Below, piece by piece: positions 1-9,446 of a stretch of 58,696 bases of DNA; the stretch's first letter is position 1, and each line of letters opens with the position of its first letter. The stretch is from positions 3,789 to 62,484 of the forward strand of contig CAYIKP010000001.1 in NCBI GenBank assembly GCA_964364225.1. Direction: 5' to 3'. A program made the translations under genes and the position numbers. The DNA comes from an uncultured Candidatus Saccharibacteria bacterium (GTDB lineage: Bacteria; Patescibacteriota; Minisyncoccia; Phycocordibacterales; Zambryskibacteraceae). Under the pieces are notes generated by a model. The model did no database searches. It saw only the letters and a list, made by a program, of their open reading frames with translations, and was not told the origin of the DNA.

Positions 1-6
1 TATAAT
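1..6 (+). promoter_or_regulatory. -10 box TATAAT directly upstream of pilM (leaderless-type arrangement)
   Basis: TATAAT at 1-6, 6-nt spacer, ATG at 13; no purine-rich SD in between; the -35 would lie outside the window. Confidence 0.4.
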
Positions 7-12
7 AACAGT

Positions 13-1143
13 ATGAAATTGCCCTCTATATTCTCGCGCATTTTTAAAAAACCAGAAGGAAGTATTTTGGGTATTGATGTTGGTTCTTCCTCAATAAAAA
101 TTGTACAGCTTCGCAAAAAAGGTGAAACAGCCACACTAGAAACTTATGGAGAGCTGTCTCTTGGCCCATACGCAGGAGGCTCTGTTGGCCAATCAACAAA
201 TCTCCCAACAGAAAAAATAATTGAGGCACTAAATGATTTATTAAAAGAAAAAGAAGTAAATATTTCTACCAAGTCTGCTGCTTTTGCAATACCCTTTGCG
301 TCGAGCTTAATGTCCCTTATTCAAATACCGGATGTACCGATGAAAGAGCTTCAAAACCTAATACCTATTGAGGCTAGAAAATACATTCCTATTCCTATTG
401 CCGAAGTAGCCCTAGATTGGTCCATAATTCCTCGTGACGACACTTCTATAGAGGACAATCCAGAGGGAACTACCACATTTCAAAAACCAAAAGAAAAAGC
501 TCTAGACATCTTGCTTGTGGCTATACACAACACTGTGCTACAAAAATACCAATCTATCGTTACTGGTTGTGGTCTGGAGGCATCTTTTTTTGAAATAGAG
601 ATTTTCTCCACCATGCGTGCAGTTCTTGATGAAACAATTGCACCAGTAATGATTTTTGATATGGGGGCCTCTACCACCAAGCTTTATATTGTGGAAAGAG
701 GTATCGTGCGCCTGTCTCACACAGTGAACAGAGGATCTCATGACATAACTGTTGCTATTTCTAAATCAATGGGGCTCGCATTAGATAGGGCGGAGGTAAT
801 GAAAAGAACTGTCGGTTTGGGTGGCGGAGAAGACAAAGACATGTCAGACATTGTGCATCTCTCGTTGGATTATATTTTTGCAGAAGCAAACAGGGTGATT
901 TTAAATTTTGAAAGAAAATACAATAAAAACTTAAAAAAGATCATTTTTGTTGGTGGCGGTTCCGCACTTAAAGGCTTGGCAGAGCTTGCACAAAATAATT
1001 TTGAGACCCCAGTTGAGACAAGTGATCCTTTTGCAAAAATAGAGGCGCCGGCATTTCTCGAGCAGGCCTTGAAAGAAACTGGTCCAGAGTTTGCTGTGGC
1101 AATTGGTTTGGCATTGAGAAAATTGCGTGAGGGCGGTGAATAA
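13..1143 (+). CDS. pilM: type IV pilus assembly protein PilM (actin-like ATPase fold)
   Basis: 376 aa; N-terminal GIDVGSSSIKIVQL FtsA/actin-like motif; heads a pilMNO-pilB-pilT-pilC cluster. Confidence 0.85.
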   Translation: MKLPSIFSRIFKKPEGSILGIDVGSSSIKIVQLRKKGETATLETYGELSLGPYAGGSVGQSTNLPTEKIIEALNDLLKEKEVNISTKSAAFAIPFASSLMSLIQIPDVPMKELQNLIPIEARKYIPIPIAEVALDWSIIPRDDTSIEDNPEGTTTFQKPKEKALDILLVAIHNTVLQKYQSIVTGCGLEASFFEIEIFSTMRAVLDETIAPVMIFDMGASTTKLYIVERGIVRLSHTVNRGSHDITVAISKSMGLALDRAEVMKRTVGLGGGEDKDMSDIVHLSLDYIFAEANRVILNFERKYNKNLKKIIFVGGGSALKGLAELAQNNFETPVETSDPFAKIEAPAFLEQALKETGPEFAVAIGLALRKLREGGE

Positions 1144-1169
1144 GTGAATAACAGCTATTTGCTTTGAAT

Positions 1170-1183
1170 TATTGCGGTATAAT
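1170..1183 (+). promoter_or_regulatory. putative promoter -10 region (TATTGCGGTATAAT)
   Basis: The 14-mer contains TATAAT (1178-1183) 9 nt before ATG 1193; the identical 14-mer recurs at 7359-7372 upstream of the major pilin. Confidence 0.45.
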
Positions 1184-1192
1184 TAATAAAGA

Positions 1193-1816
1193 ATGGAACC
1201 AAAATTCCAATCATCTTTTATTCCAAAAACCTCTTCGCAGGAAACTGCGGTTCCTAAAGAGGTGGAAAGAGCCACTGGTCCAAGAGACGGTGGTGGTATT
1301 TGGAGTTTTATCTCCAGCACTATTTTTACATTAGCAATTGTGGCCGCCATTGTTGTTTTTGCTGCACAGTGGTATTTAAATAGAAATTTGGTTTCCATGG
1401 GAACACAACTTTCGGCTGCTCGTGAAGAGCTAGACCCCCAAAGGATTCAAGAAATAAATAGAAATTACGACAGAATAATTACCGCTAAAACCCTACTATC
1501 AAAACACGTAACCCTTTCAAGTTTTTTTGAGAAATTAGGAGCAATGATGGTTAAAAACACTCGTCTAACAGATCTTTCATTCAGTATGATTTCTGGTAAG
1601 GGCTCTTCAGTAGCATTCAAGGGTGAGGCAATAGGCTATGTAGCCGTGGCACAGGTTTCTGATGTTTTTAGTAAATCCAATATTTTTAAAACTAGGAATT
1701 TCTTTGATCTCGATCTAAATGATAAGGGGGCAGTCGTTTTCTCTTTTAAGGGTGAAATAGACCCAACGGTAATTATTTCTGGACAAGAACAAAGTACGGA
1801 ACAAGAAAACCAATAA
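1193..1816 (+). CDS. PilN-like pilus assembly membrane protein
   Basis: 207 aa; short cytoplasmic N-terminus, one TM helix (IWSFISSTIFTLAIVAAIVVFAA), then a coiled-coil/periplasmic part; sits directly after pilM; assigned by architecture and position only. Confidence 0.5.
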   Translation: MEPKFQSSFIPKTSSQETAVPKEVERATGPRDGGGIWSFISSTIFTLAIVAAIVVFAAQWYLNRNLVSMGTQLSAAREELDPQRIQEINRNYDRIITAKTLLSKHVTLSSFFEKLGAMMVKNTRLTDLSFSMISGKGSSVAFKGEAIGYVAVAQVSDVFSKSNIFKTRNFFDLDLNDKGAVVFSFKGEIDPTVIISGQEQSTEQENQ

Positions 1817-1817
1817 C

Positions 1818-2369
1818 ATGAAACCATTTTTACCAATCATTCTAGTAGTAATCGCAATAGGAATTTTTTATGCATATATAGATCCTCAATATATGGAAGT
1901 GCGAAGTTTGCTAAGCCAAAGAAGTGAATACACAAACGCATTGGCAAATATTGAACAAGTAAAACAATTGAGAGATGAATTGGAAACACAAATAAGTGAT
2001 TTATCTCCAGAGAATGTTAGTCGTCTTGAAAAAGCGATTCCATACGAATTAAACACAGTGAAATTGACGAGTGATCTAGACTCGCTTGCGGGGCGCAGAG
2101 GAATGTCTATAAGAAACGTTAGGGTTGTTGAAGAGATGGTAGATTCAGGGGCAACCATTAGCTCTAAACCAAAAGGACCATACAAGACAACTACCATGTC
2201 CTTTAGTGTTGTTGGTACTTATAACAATTTCATAGCTTTCTTGAAAGATGTTGAAAAAAGTCTACAAATTCTTGATGTTCGCGCCATTAGTATGAGAGTG
2301 AGCGGTAGCACCCAGAGCCCAGTTATTATGCAGTTTGATTTAACAGTTCAAACCTATTGGATTCAATAA
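1818..2369 (+). CDS. PilO-like pilus assembly membrane protein
   Basis: 183 aa; N-terminal TM helix (FLPIILVVIAIGIFYAY), coiled coil, C-terminal globular part; abuts the previous stop; assigned by architecture and position. Confidence 0.5.
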   Translation: MKPFLPIILVVIAIGIFYAYIDPQYMEVRSLLSQRSEYTNALANIEQVKQLRDELETQISDLSPENVSRLEKAIPYELNTVKLTSDLDSLAGRRGMSIRNVRVVEEMVDSGATISSKPKGPYKTTTMSFSVVGTYNNFIAFLKDVEKSLQILDVRAISMRVSGSTQSPVIMQFDLTVQTYWIQ

Positions 2370-2370
2370 T

Positions 2371-2712
2371 ATGAAATACAACACTAAAATGATTGGCTGG
2401 ATAATAGTGGTAGTAATTGTGGTTAGTGCTTTGTACACACTTGCTTTTAAAGATCCTGTAACAAAAGACGCTTCTGGCGCAACTGCTAGTGTTGGAAGTG
2501 ATCTACTTGAGCTTCTAGACAAACTTAAGGGCGTTAGTTTTGACACTGATTTATTTTCAAGTACAAAATTTTCTTCTCTTATGGACTGGTCGATACCACT
2601 TCCTAGGCCAGATTTAGGGAGACCAAATCCTTTTGAAAGGATTGGACTTGATATTGGAGTAGTAGCGCCAATTAGTACTCAACAGCCAACAGCTACAACA
2701 ACAGCACCTTAA
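2371..2712 (+). CDS. small membrane protein of the pilus operon (PilP-like position), function unknown
   Basis: 113 aa; one TM helix, Thr/Pro-rich tail; tightly packed between the PilO-like gene and pilB. Confidence 0.35.
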   Translation: MKYNTKMIGWIIVVVIVVSALYTLAFKDPVTKDASGATASVGSDLLELLDKLKGVSFDTDLFSSTKFSSLMDWSIPLPRPDLGRPNPFERIGLDIGVVAPISTQQPTATTTAP

Positions 2713-2718
2713 TTTTCT

Positions 2719-4494
2719 ATGAGTTTTCTTGAAATATTAGCCGACAAAAAATTAATTTCGGCCAAAGATATCCAACCTATACAAGAGGAGGCTGAATCAA
2801 AAGGAATTTCTATTGAAAGGATTCTTTTAGATAGGGGAATTGAGGCAAAAGAGATTTTAAAAAGCAAGGGTGAATCACTGGACATTCCGACTAGAGAAAT
2901 TGGCGAAGCCGAAGTTCCGGGTAGTATTTTAGATTTAATCCCCGAAGAGTCGGCGGCTTATTATCGTTTTGTTCCTCTTGGGGTTGAGGATGATGTTTTG
3001 GAGGTTGGAATTGTTGACCCAGACAATATCGAGGCGAGAGATGCTTTGAATTTCATTTCTTCAAAGCTCAACATGCCATTTAAACTTTTTCTTATTACAG
3101 AAGAGGATTTGAAAAAAGTTATTAATCAATACAAGGGGCTTACGGGTGAAGTGACAAAGGCTCTTGGTGAATTTGAAACAGAAATTGCAGAAGACACTAA
3201 AAAAGCGGAGGGACAACAAATGGATGAGGGTCCGCAAGAAGTTGATGCCGGAATTGATGAAGCAATAACCGGATCAATAGAAAGAAAAAATAAAGATGGA
3301 ACAACCACAATTGTTGAAGATGCCCCAGTAGCGAAAATGGTGGGTACGATTTTGCGTTATGCAATTGATGACAATGCGTCAGATGTTCACATAGAACACA
3401 TGGGCACTACTGTAAGGGTTAGGTTTAGAGTTGATGGAGTCCTTAATACTTATTTAACCTTACCGCCAAAAGTCCACCAATCTGTTGTTGCTCGTATAAA
3501 AATTCTTTCAGCCATGCGTCTTGATGAAAAAAGAAAGCCACAGGATAGCCGTTTTTCTGCAAAAGTAGGTGATAGAAAGGTTGACTTCCGTGTTTCTACA
3601 TTTCCAGCTTACTACGGAGAAAAAGTGGTGATGAGAATTCTTGACCAAGCAAAAGGCGTAAGAAGTTTGGAGGAAATTGGAATTACAAAAGAAAGTATTG
3701 GTGTAATTCGTAAGGCAATGGAAAGACCATACGGACTCATTCTTATTTCTGGGCCAACCGGTTCTGGAAAATCCACTACTCTTTATGCCATGTTGAAAGA
3801 ATTTGATCGTGACCACAGAAATGTTTTGTCCCTTGAAGATCCTATTGAGTACAACATTGAGGGCGTTACCCAATCCCAGATTCGTCCTGATATTGGCTAT
3901 ACATTTGCAACAGGGCTACGTACCACCCTCCGTCAAGATCCAGACATCATAATGGTGGGAGAAATTCGTGATAAGGAGACGGCCCAGCTTGCTATACAAG
4001 CGGCACTTACCGGCCACGTAGTGCTTTCTACTATTCACACCAACAACTCTATTGGAGTTATTCCACGCCTTATTGATATGGGTGTTGATCCTTATTTGAT
4101 ACCACCAACCCTTGTTTTAGCTATTGCCCAAAGACTTGTAAGAACCTTGGTTCCTGGTACAGGAAAGAAATTACCAGTAGAAGGTGCAGTTAAGGCCATG
4201 ATAGACAAACAATTTGAAGATTTGCCAGAAGAGTTTAAAAAGAAATTGAAACTCGGAAAAGAATTTAGGGAAATAGAAGCAACAGAAGACAATCCAACAG
4301 GAACCAAGGGTCGTATGGCCGTGATGGAGCTTCTTGAAATGGATAAAGAGGTTGAAAAATTAATTCTTACAAACGCCGGAGAAGCAGAGATATACAAAAT
4401 CGCGCGTTCGAAAGGAATGCTTTCTATGAAAGAGGATGCAATACTAAAAGCATTTGATGGATTAATTCCTTTCGAAGAAGTAGCTGGCTTATAA
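2719..4494 (+). CDS. pilB: type IV pilus assembly ATPase PilB (GspE family)
   Basis: 591 aa; Walker A GPTGSGKST, LSLEDPIEY, VGEIRD, TGHVVLSTIHTN boxes typical of GspE/PilB. Confidence 0.92.
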   Translation: MSFLEILADKKLISAKDIQPIQEEAESKGISIERILLDRGIEAKEILKSKGESLDIPTREIGEAEVPGSILDLIPEESAAYYRFVPLGVEDDVLEVGIVDPDNIEARDALNFISSKLNMPFKLFLITEEDLKKVINQYKGLTGEVTKALGEFETEIAEDTKKAEGQQMDEGPQEVDAGIDEAITGSIERKNKDGTTTIVEDAPVAKMVGTILRYAIDDNASDVHIEHMGTTVRVRFRVDGVLNTYLTLPPKVHQSVVARIKILSAMRLDEKRKPQDSRFSAKVGDRKVDFRVSTFPAYYGEKVVMRILDQAKGVRSLEEIGITKESIGVIRKAMERPYGLILISGPTGSGKSTTLYAMLKEFDRDHRNVLSLEDPIEYNIEGVTQSQIRPDIGYTFATGLRTTLRQDPDIIMVGEIRDKETAQLAIQAALTGHVVLSTIHTNNSIGVIPRLIDMGVDPYLIPPTLVLAIAQRLVRTLVPGTGKKLPVEGAVKAMIDKQFEDLPEEFKKKLKLGKEFREIEATEDNPTGTKGRMAVMELLEMDKEVEKLILTNAGEAEIYKIARSKGMLSMKEDAILKAFDGLIPFEEVAGL

Positions 4495-4499
4495 TTAAG

Positions 4500-4907
4500 A
4501 TGATTTTAGAAAACGCAGAAACAAAATCAGTTCTTCTGGTCGATGACAACCGCTTTGTACTTGAGATGTATGCAGACGAGTTTAGGGTGGCTGGTTTTAA
4601 AACAGACATAGCTGTTGGGGCGGCAGAAGCTTTGAGAAAAATGAGAGAAAATAAATATAATGCGATAGTTCTTGACCTTATTATGATTGCGGTTGATGGG
4701 GTGGCGTTGTTAGAGAAGATGAAGAATGAAAAACTGGCCGAAGGTTCGGCACTTATCCTCCTTACAAACTCTGACGATCCTGATAAAATAGAAAGGGCTC
4801 GAGTACTTGGTGCAGAGACCTATTTAAAAAAACTTTCAACAGTTCCCCGTGAGGCAGTCTCTCAAGTTTCTAAAGTTATTCAGTCTCAAAATTTACAAAC
4901 AATATGA
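4500..4907 (+). CDS. single-domain response regulator (CheY-like receiver)
   Basis: 135 aa; VLLVDDN acidic pocket, phospho-acceptor context AIVLDLIM; embedded between pilB and pilT. Confidence 0.8.
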   Translation: MILENAETKSVLLVDDNRFVLEMYADEFRVAGFKTDIAVGAAEALRKMRENKYNAIVLDLIMIAVDGVALLEKMKNEKLAEGSALILLTNSDDPDKIERARVLGAETYLKKLSTVPREAVSQVSKVIQSQNLQTI

Positions 4908-5025
4908 ATCCCGTTAGAAACCGCGGTCACGAAACAAATAAATAGATATAATGGTCAATATGATTATCAATAATATAAATTTCAGGCTAAGCGGTGATAC
5001 CGCGACCTGTTTCTAACGGGATGAA
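4904..5025 (+). repeat. start-codon hairpin element, copy C (ATGAATCCCGT...ACGGGATGAA)
   Basis: Arms atcccgttagaaac (4908-4921) and gtttctaacgggat (5009-5022) pair over 14 bp, plus cgcggt/accgcg; the first ATG overlaps the response-regulator stop (ATGA 4904-4907); the last ATG (5021) starts pilT; mini-ORF MNPVRNRGHETNK at 4904-4945. Confidence 0.7.
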
Positions 5026-6091
5026 CTCATCTGAACACAACGCATTATTTACAGAACTAGTGGACATTTGTGTTCAAGAGAATGGTTCGGATTTGCATCT
5101 TTCAGAAGACAGATCTCCCATAATAAGAGTCGATGGTTTTCTTATTCCTCTAGTAAAAAAGAGCGCGCTTACTCATGAAAACATAGAAGGAATACTTTCT
5201 GTGATTCTTTCTGAATCAAACCTAGAAGAGTTCAAGGCTCGTAAAGAGGTTGATTTTGGATACACCCATGATGGCAAAGCTAGATTTAGGGGAAATGCAT
5301 ATTATGAACTTGGTAAAATTTCTATTGCGCTCCGTTTAATCCCTCAAAAAATTCGTACACTTACAGAATTAAACCTTCCTCCCATTCTTGAGCAATTTGC
5401 ACATAGGCAACAAGGATTTTTCTTAGTGGTTGGGCCTGCTGGTCATGGAAAAACTACTACCCTAGCAGCACTCATTGATATGATCAACCATGAAAGATTG
5501 GAGCACATTATTACAATTGAGTCTCCAATAGAATATATTTTTACTGAAGACAAGGCCTTAATTGACCAAAGAGAAGTAAAAATTGATACCCCAAGTTTTC
5601 ACGATGCACTACGCGGAATTTTTCGACAAGATATTGATGTTTTGATGATTGGTGAAATGCGAGACATTGAAACCATTTCAACTGCAGTAACCGCTGCAGA
5701 AACAGGACACTACGTTATGACAACCCTTCATACCAATACGGCTTCACAAACAATTGAACGTATTATTGACTCTTTCCCTGCTAACCAACAAAATCAAATT
5801 AGAGTTCAACTTTCTGGATCTTTGGCCGGTATTTTTTCCCAGCGTCTTATACCCAGAATCTCAGGGGGTCTAATTCCTGCCTATGAACTTTTAGTGAATA
5901 ATGCTGCGGTATCTAATTTAATAAGAGATAATAGAACTCACGAGATAGATAATGTTATAGAAACGTCTAGTGAATTAGGAATGGTCGATCTAAACAGATC
6001 TTTAGCTGACCTAGTTCGTAGTGGGGAAATCACGACCGAAAATGCATTTCTTTATTCAACAGACCCAAGATCGTTAGAAAAACTTATGTAA
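5021..6091 (+). CDS. pilT: twitching-motility ATPase PilT
   Basis: Walker A GPAGHGKTTT, IITIESPIEY, MIGEMRD, TGHYVMTTLHTN; start set at ATG 5021 (MNSSEH...) because 4994-5020 is the 3' arm of the hairpin element. Confidence 0.9.
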   Translation: MNSSEHNALFTELVDICVQENGSDLHLSEDRSPIIRVDGFLIPLVKKSALTHENIEGILSVILSESNLEEFKARKEVDFGYTHDGKARFRGNAYYELGKISIALRLIPQKIRTLTELNLPPILEQFAHRQQGFFLVVGPAGHGKTTTLAALIDMINHERLEHIITIESPIEYIFTEDKALIDQREVKIDTPSFHDALRGIFRQDIDVLMIGEMRDIETISTAVTAAETGHYVMTTLHTNTASQTIERIIDSFPANQQNQIRVQLSGSLAGIFSQRLIPRISGGLIPAYELLVNNAAVSNLIRDNRTHEIDNVIETSSELGMVDLNRSLADLVRSGEITTENAFLYSTDPRSLEKLM

Positions 6092-6092
6092 T

Positions 6093-7304
6093 ATGTTATA
6101 TCAATACCAAACAATATCTGTAGAGGGGAAAAAAGAAGAAGGCAATATAGATGCAGCATCGCTTGATATTGCTATTGCTTCGCTCCATAAAAGGGGATTA
6201 ACGGTAGCCGAGATTCACCCAGTAGAGGGAGAAAAAAAGTTTGGAATAATTTCACAACTTACAAAGAGAGTAACCAACAAAGAGGTTGTTATTCTGTCGC
6301 GTCAGTTGGCCACCCTTTTCCAAGCCCAAGTTTCTGCACTGAGAGTTTTCAAATTGTTGGCTGGGGAAGCAGAAAATTTATTGCTTCGCGAATCTTTGAC
6401 AGAAATCACGGATGATTTACAAGGAGGATCAAGTATTTCCAAAGCACTAAGTAAGCATCCTAAAATTTTCTCTGAATTTTATGTAAACATGGTACGCGCC
6501 GGAGAAGAGACCGGAAAACTCGATGACACCTTTACTTATTTAGCAGATCACCTAGACCGTACATACGAAGTAACATCAAAAGCACGTAATGCTTTTATTT
6601 ACCCCTCCTTTGTGGTTATAGTTTTTATTGGAGTAATGGTTTTGATGTTTACTTTAATTATTCCTAAAATTGCAGTTATCATTCAGGATTCTGGCCAAGA
6701 AATCCCTATATATACCAAAATAGTTTTCGCTATTTCTAGTTTCTTTGTGAATTACGGACTGTTAATTTCTGCTCTGCTCGTCATAGGTTTGTTTTTCTTA
6801 ATTAGGTTTGCTCGCACAGAAGAAGGTAAAATCGCTTTTGATAGAAGCAAGTTAACATATCCATATATAGGGGACCTTTACAGAAAACTCTATCTTTCGG
6901 TTATCTCTGACAACATGCATACCATGGTTGTTTCTGGAATTCCTATGTTAAAGGCTCTTGAAATTACTTCTAGCGTTGTAGGAAATGCTGTTTATAAGGA
7001 TATTCTTTCTGCTGCAGCGACAGATGTTAAGGGTGGCGCTTCTCTTTCTTTAGCCATTTCTAAGTATCACGAAATACCCAGCATTTTAGTTCAAATGGTT
7101 AAGGTTGGAGAAGAGACAGGAGAGTTGGGCAACATTCTTAATACTATGGCTAAGTTTTATCAAAGAGAAGTAAATAATGCCGTAGATGTGATAGTGAGCC
7201 TCATTGAGCCGGTCATGATTGTGGGCTTGGGTCTTGGAGTTGGAGTGCTCTTGGCTTCGGTTCTACTTCCTATTTACAACATTGCTTCAAACGCTGGCAT
7301 ATAA
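6093..7304 (+). CDS. pilC: type IV pilus platform protein PilC (GspF family)
   Basis: 403 aa; duplicated T2SS-F domain organisation with interspersed TM helices. Confidence 0.9.
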   Translation: MLYQYQTISVEGKKEEGNIDAASLDIAIASLHKRGLTVAEIHPVEGEKKFGIISQLTKRVTNKEVVILSRQLATLFQAQVSALRVFKLLAGEAENLLLRESLTEITDDLQGGSSISKALSKHPKIFSEFYVNMVRAGEETGKLDDTFTYLADHLDRTYEVTSKARNAFIYPSFVVIVFIGVMVLMFTLIIPKIAVIIQDSGQEIPIYTKIVFAISSFFVNYGLLISALLVIGLFFLIRFARTEEGKIAFDRSKLTYPYIGDLYRKLYLSVISDNMHTMVVSGIPMLKALEITSSVVGNAVYKDILSAAATDVKGGASLSLAISKYHEIPSILVQMVKVGEETGELGNILNTMAKFYQREVNNAVDVIVSLIEPVMIVGLGLGVGVLLASVLLPIYNIASNAGI

Positions 7305-7358
7305 AGGGGGTAATAGCTGGGTGGCTTGAGTCGCTAACTTATTACTTGCAAAGCAGTA

Positions 7359-7372
7359 TATTGCGGTATAAT
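7359..7372 (+). promoter_or_regulatory. putative promoter -10 region (TATTGCGGTATAAT) of the pilin gene
   Basis: Identical 14-mer to 1170-1183; TATAAT at 7367-7372, 35 nt upstream of ATG 7408. Confidence 0.45.
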
Positions 7373-7407
7373 GGACTTTAGTTTTATAAGATTATATTTA
7401 GAAAATA

Positions 7408-7887
7408 ATGAAATTATTAAGAAAAATTAAAAAAACAGGAGGTTTCACCCTCATTGAATTACTGGTTGTTATTGCCATTATCGGTGTTCTCTCTTCAGTT
7501 GTATTGGCAAGTTTGGGTACAGCAAGAGGAAAGGGAGCAAATGCAGCCATAAAGGGTAATCTTAATAACCTAAGGGGCCAAATGGAGCTATTTTATGACT
7601 CAAATGGTTCTTCCTACGGTTCTTATACAGTAGCAAATTGTCCTTCTGCTGCTACAAGCCCAGCAACCACTGGGTTACATGACGCGCCGGCTGTTAATAT
7701 GCTTGAATCTGCTAGGGCTGCAGCTGGAGCATATGCAAAATGCAAGGCCGCTGGTTCATACTGGTGGGTTTCTTCCCCTCTAAAAGCGCAAGAAGGAAGC
7801 AATCTTTATTGGTGTGTTGATTCCACAGGAAATGTGACAGGAAAACAATTACAACCAGCAGATGGTTATACAAGCTGCACTAGTTAA
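7408..7887 (+). CDS. major type IV pilin
   Basis: 159 aa; class III signal peptide KKTGG|FTLIELLVVIAIIGVL (prepilin cleavage/N-methylation motif); Cys pairs in the C-terminal domain; followed by a strong terminator. Confidence 0.9.
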   Translation: MKLLRKIKKTGGFTLIELLVVIAIIGVLSSVVLASLGTARGKGANAAIKGNLNNLRGQMELFYDSNGSSYGSYTVANCPSAATSPATTGLHDAPAVNMLESARAAAGAYAKCKAAGSYWWVSSPLKAQEGSNLYWCVDSTGNVTGKQLQPADGYTSCTS

Positions 7888-7905
7888 TTTAGACTCTATT
7901 AAATC

Positions 7906-7931
7906 AAAAACACCCCGAAAGGGGTGTTTTT
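7906..7931 (+). terminator. rho-independent terminator after the pilin gene
   Basis: aaaaa-cacccc-gaaa-ggggtg-ttttt: GC stem with GAAA loop and T-run. Confidence 0.75.
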
Positions 7932-8772
7932 GATTTATAATGAATATGTGAATTCTATTTTGTTTTTCATTTTTATATTTGTCCTAGGTACTATTGTGGG
8001 CAGTTTTATAAACGTCTTTATTTTTAGACGCGCAACTGGAATGGGGATGGGCGGAAGATCCAAATGCGCTTCCTGTGGACACACACTAAGGGCGCTTGAT
8101 TTAATTCCAGTGATTTCCTTTTTACTTCTTGGAGGAAAATGTAGGTATTGCAAAACGAAAATTTCTTCGATATATCCTCTTATTGAAATTGGGGCAGGAG
8201 CATTATTTTTTCTGATCGGTTTAGTAAATACATCAATACTTATTTCATTTTCTGTTATTCCTTATTCCATGTTTTTTATTCAACTTGTGTTTTGGTCACT
8301 AGTTTTTGCAACCGCAGTCTATGATTTGAAGCATCTAACAATTCCTAATATGTGGGCACTTTCTTTGACGATCATTGCCATAATTTATTCTGCGATTAGT
8401 AATTATGGTTTTGGGAAAAATTTCCTTTTTTCAATACTCTCTGGCGCTATTTTCTTTATATTCTTTTTCTTAATATGGCTCTTTTCAAGAGGAAAATGGA
8501 TGGGTCTTGGAGATGCAAAATTAGCATTTCCGCTTGGTGTATTTTTGGGCATATCAAAATTATTTTCAGCATGGGCACTCTCTTTTTGGACTGGTGCAAT
8601 AATTGTATTAATTTATTTTTCTTACGAACAAATTATCTTGGCTAAAGGCAAAAGGTTGAGTGCGCTCGGTAGGCCAATTACCATGAAGAGTGAGGTGCCA
8701 TTCGGCCCTTTCCTATTTCTTGGTTCTTTTCTTGCTTTTTTGGGTCTAGTAATTCCGTTTAGTGGTATTTAA
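7924..8772 (+). CDS. pilD: prepilin peptidase PilD (A24 family)
   Basis: CxxC...CxxC zinc motif (CASCGHTL, CRYCKTKIS), multiple TM helices, catalytic Asp context GLGDAKL; the ORF-track GTG 7924 lies inside the terminator stem, so the true start is probably GTG 7948 or TTG 7960. Confidence 0.9.
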   Translation: MFLIYNEYVNSILFFIFIFVLGTIVGSFINVFIFRRATGMGMGGRSKCASCGHTLRALDLIPVISFLLLGGKCRYCKTKISSIYPLIEIGAGALFFLIGLVNTSILISFSVIPYSMFFIQLVFWSLVFATAVYDLKHLTIPNMWALSLTIIAIIYSAISNYGFGKNFLFSILSGAIFFIFFFLIWLFSRGKWMGLGDAKLAFPLGVFLGISKLFSAWALSFWTGAIIVLIYFSYEQIILAKGKRLSALGRPITMKSEVPFGPFLFLGSFLAFLGLVIPFSGI

Positions 8773-8795
8773 GTAATTCCTACTAGAAAGTACAT

Positions 8796-9446
8796 ATGCA
8801 TAAAATTTTGAAAGAAATAATAAATAACTTCAGAAAGACCTCCGGTTTCAGTTTGATGGAAATGCTGGTTAGTATTGCAATAGTAGCTCTTATTATGGCG
8901 GTTGTTGTTTTAAATCAAGGAGATTTTACAGATAGCTTTAATCTCTCAACCAACATCAATGATTTAGAGCTACAAATTAGACAAGAACAGGTATTTGGTA
9001 TTTCTGTAAAGGAATTTGAAAATGAATTTTCATCTGCCTACGGAGTTTCTCTGAGCACTTTTTCAGAAGAAGAAAAACTTTTTTATATTGTTTTTGCAGA
9101 CAGAACAATAAGTGGATCGAAGAATGGAATTTATGATAGTGGTTCCTCTTGTGTTGTTGGGGGCTCTTCAGAGTGCATAAAATCAAATCCTCTTACTAGA
9201 GGAGTCAAGATTAACAAAATATGTGCACTTAATGAGGTAAATCCAACCACGTGTAGTGAAATTGTTGGACGTGCTGATATAACATTTAACAGGCCATACC
9301 CGAACGCAAAAATATCTTTTTTTGATTCTAGTGGGCTTTTAATAACCGTAAGTAATGCTGTGGGCGTACAAATAGAATTGATATCACCACAAGGGAAGTT
9401 AAAATCAGTGAAGGTTTATACTTCAGGACAGCTTTCCATTTCATAA
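8796..9446 (+). CDS. minor pilin / pseudopilin
   Basis: 216 aa; prepilin-type N-terminus SGFSLMEMLVSIAIVALIM. Confidence 0.7.
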   Translation: MHKILKEIINNFRKTSGFSLMEMLVSIAIVALIMAVVVLNQGDFTDSFNLSTNINDLELQIRQEQVFGISVKEFENEFSSAYGVSLSTFSEEEKLFYIVFADRTISGSKNGIYDSGSSCVVGGSSECIKSNPLTRGVKINKICALNEVNPTTCSEIVGRADITFNRPYPNAKISFFDSSGLLITVSNAVGVQIELISPQGKLKSVKVYTSGQLSIS

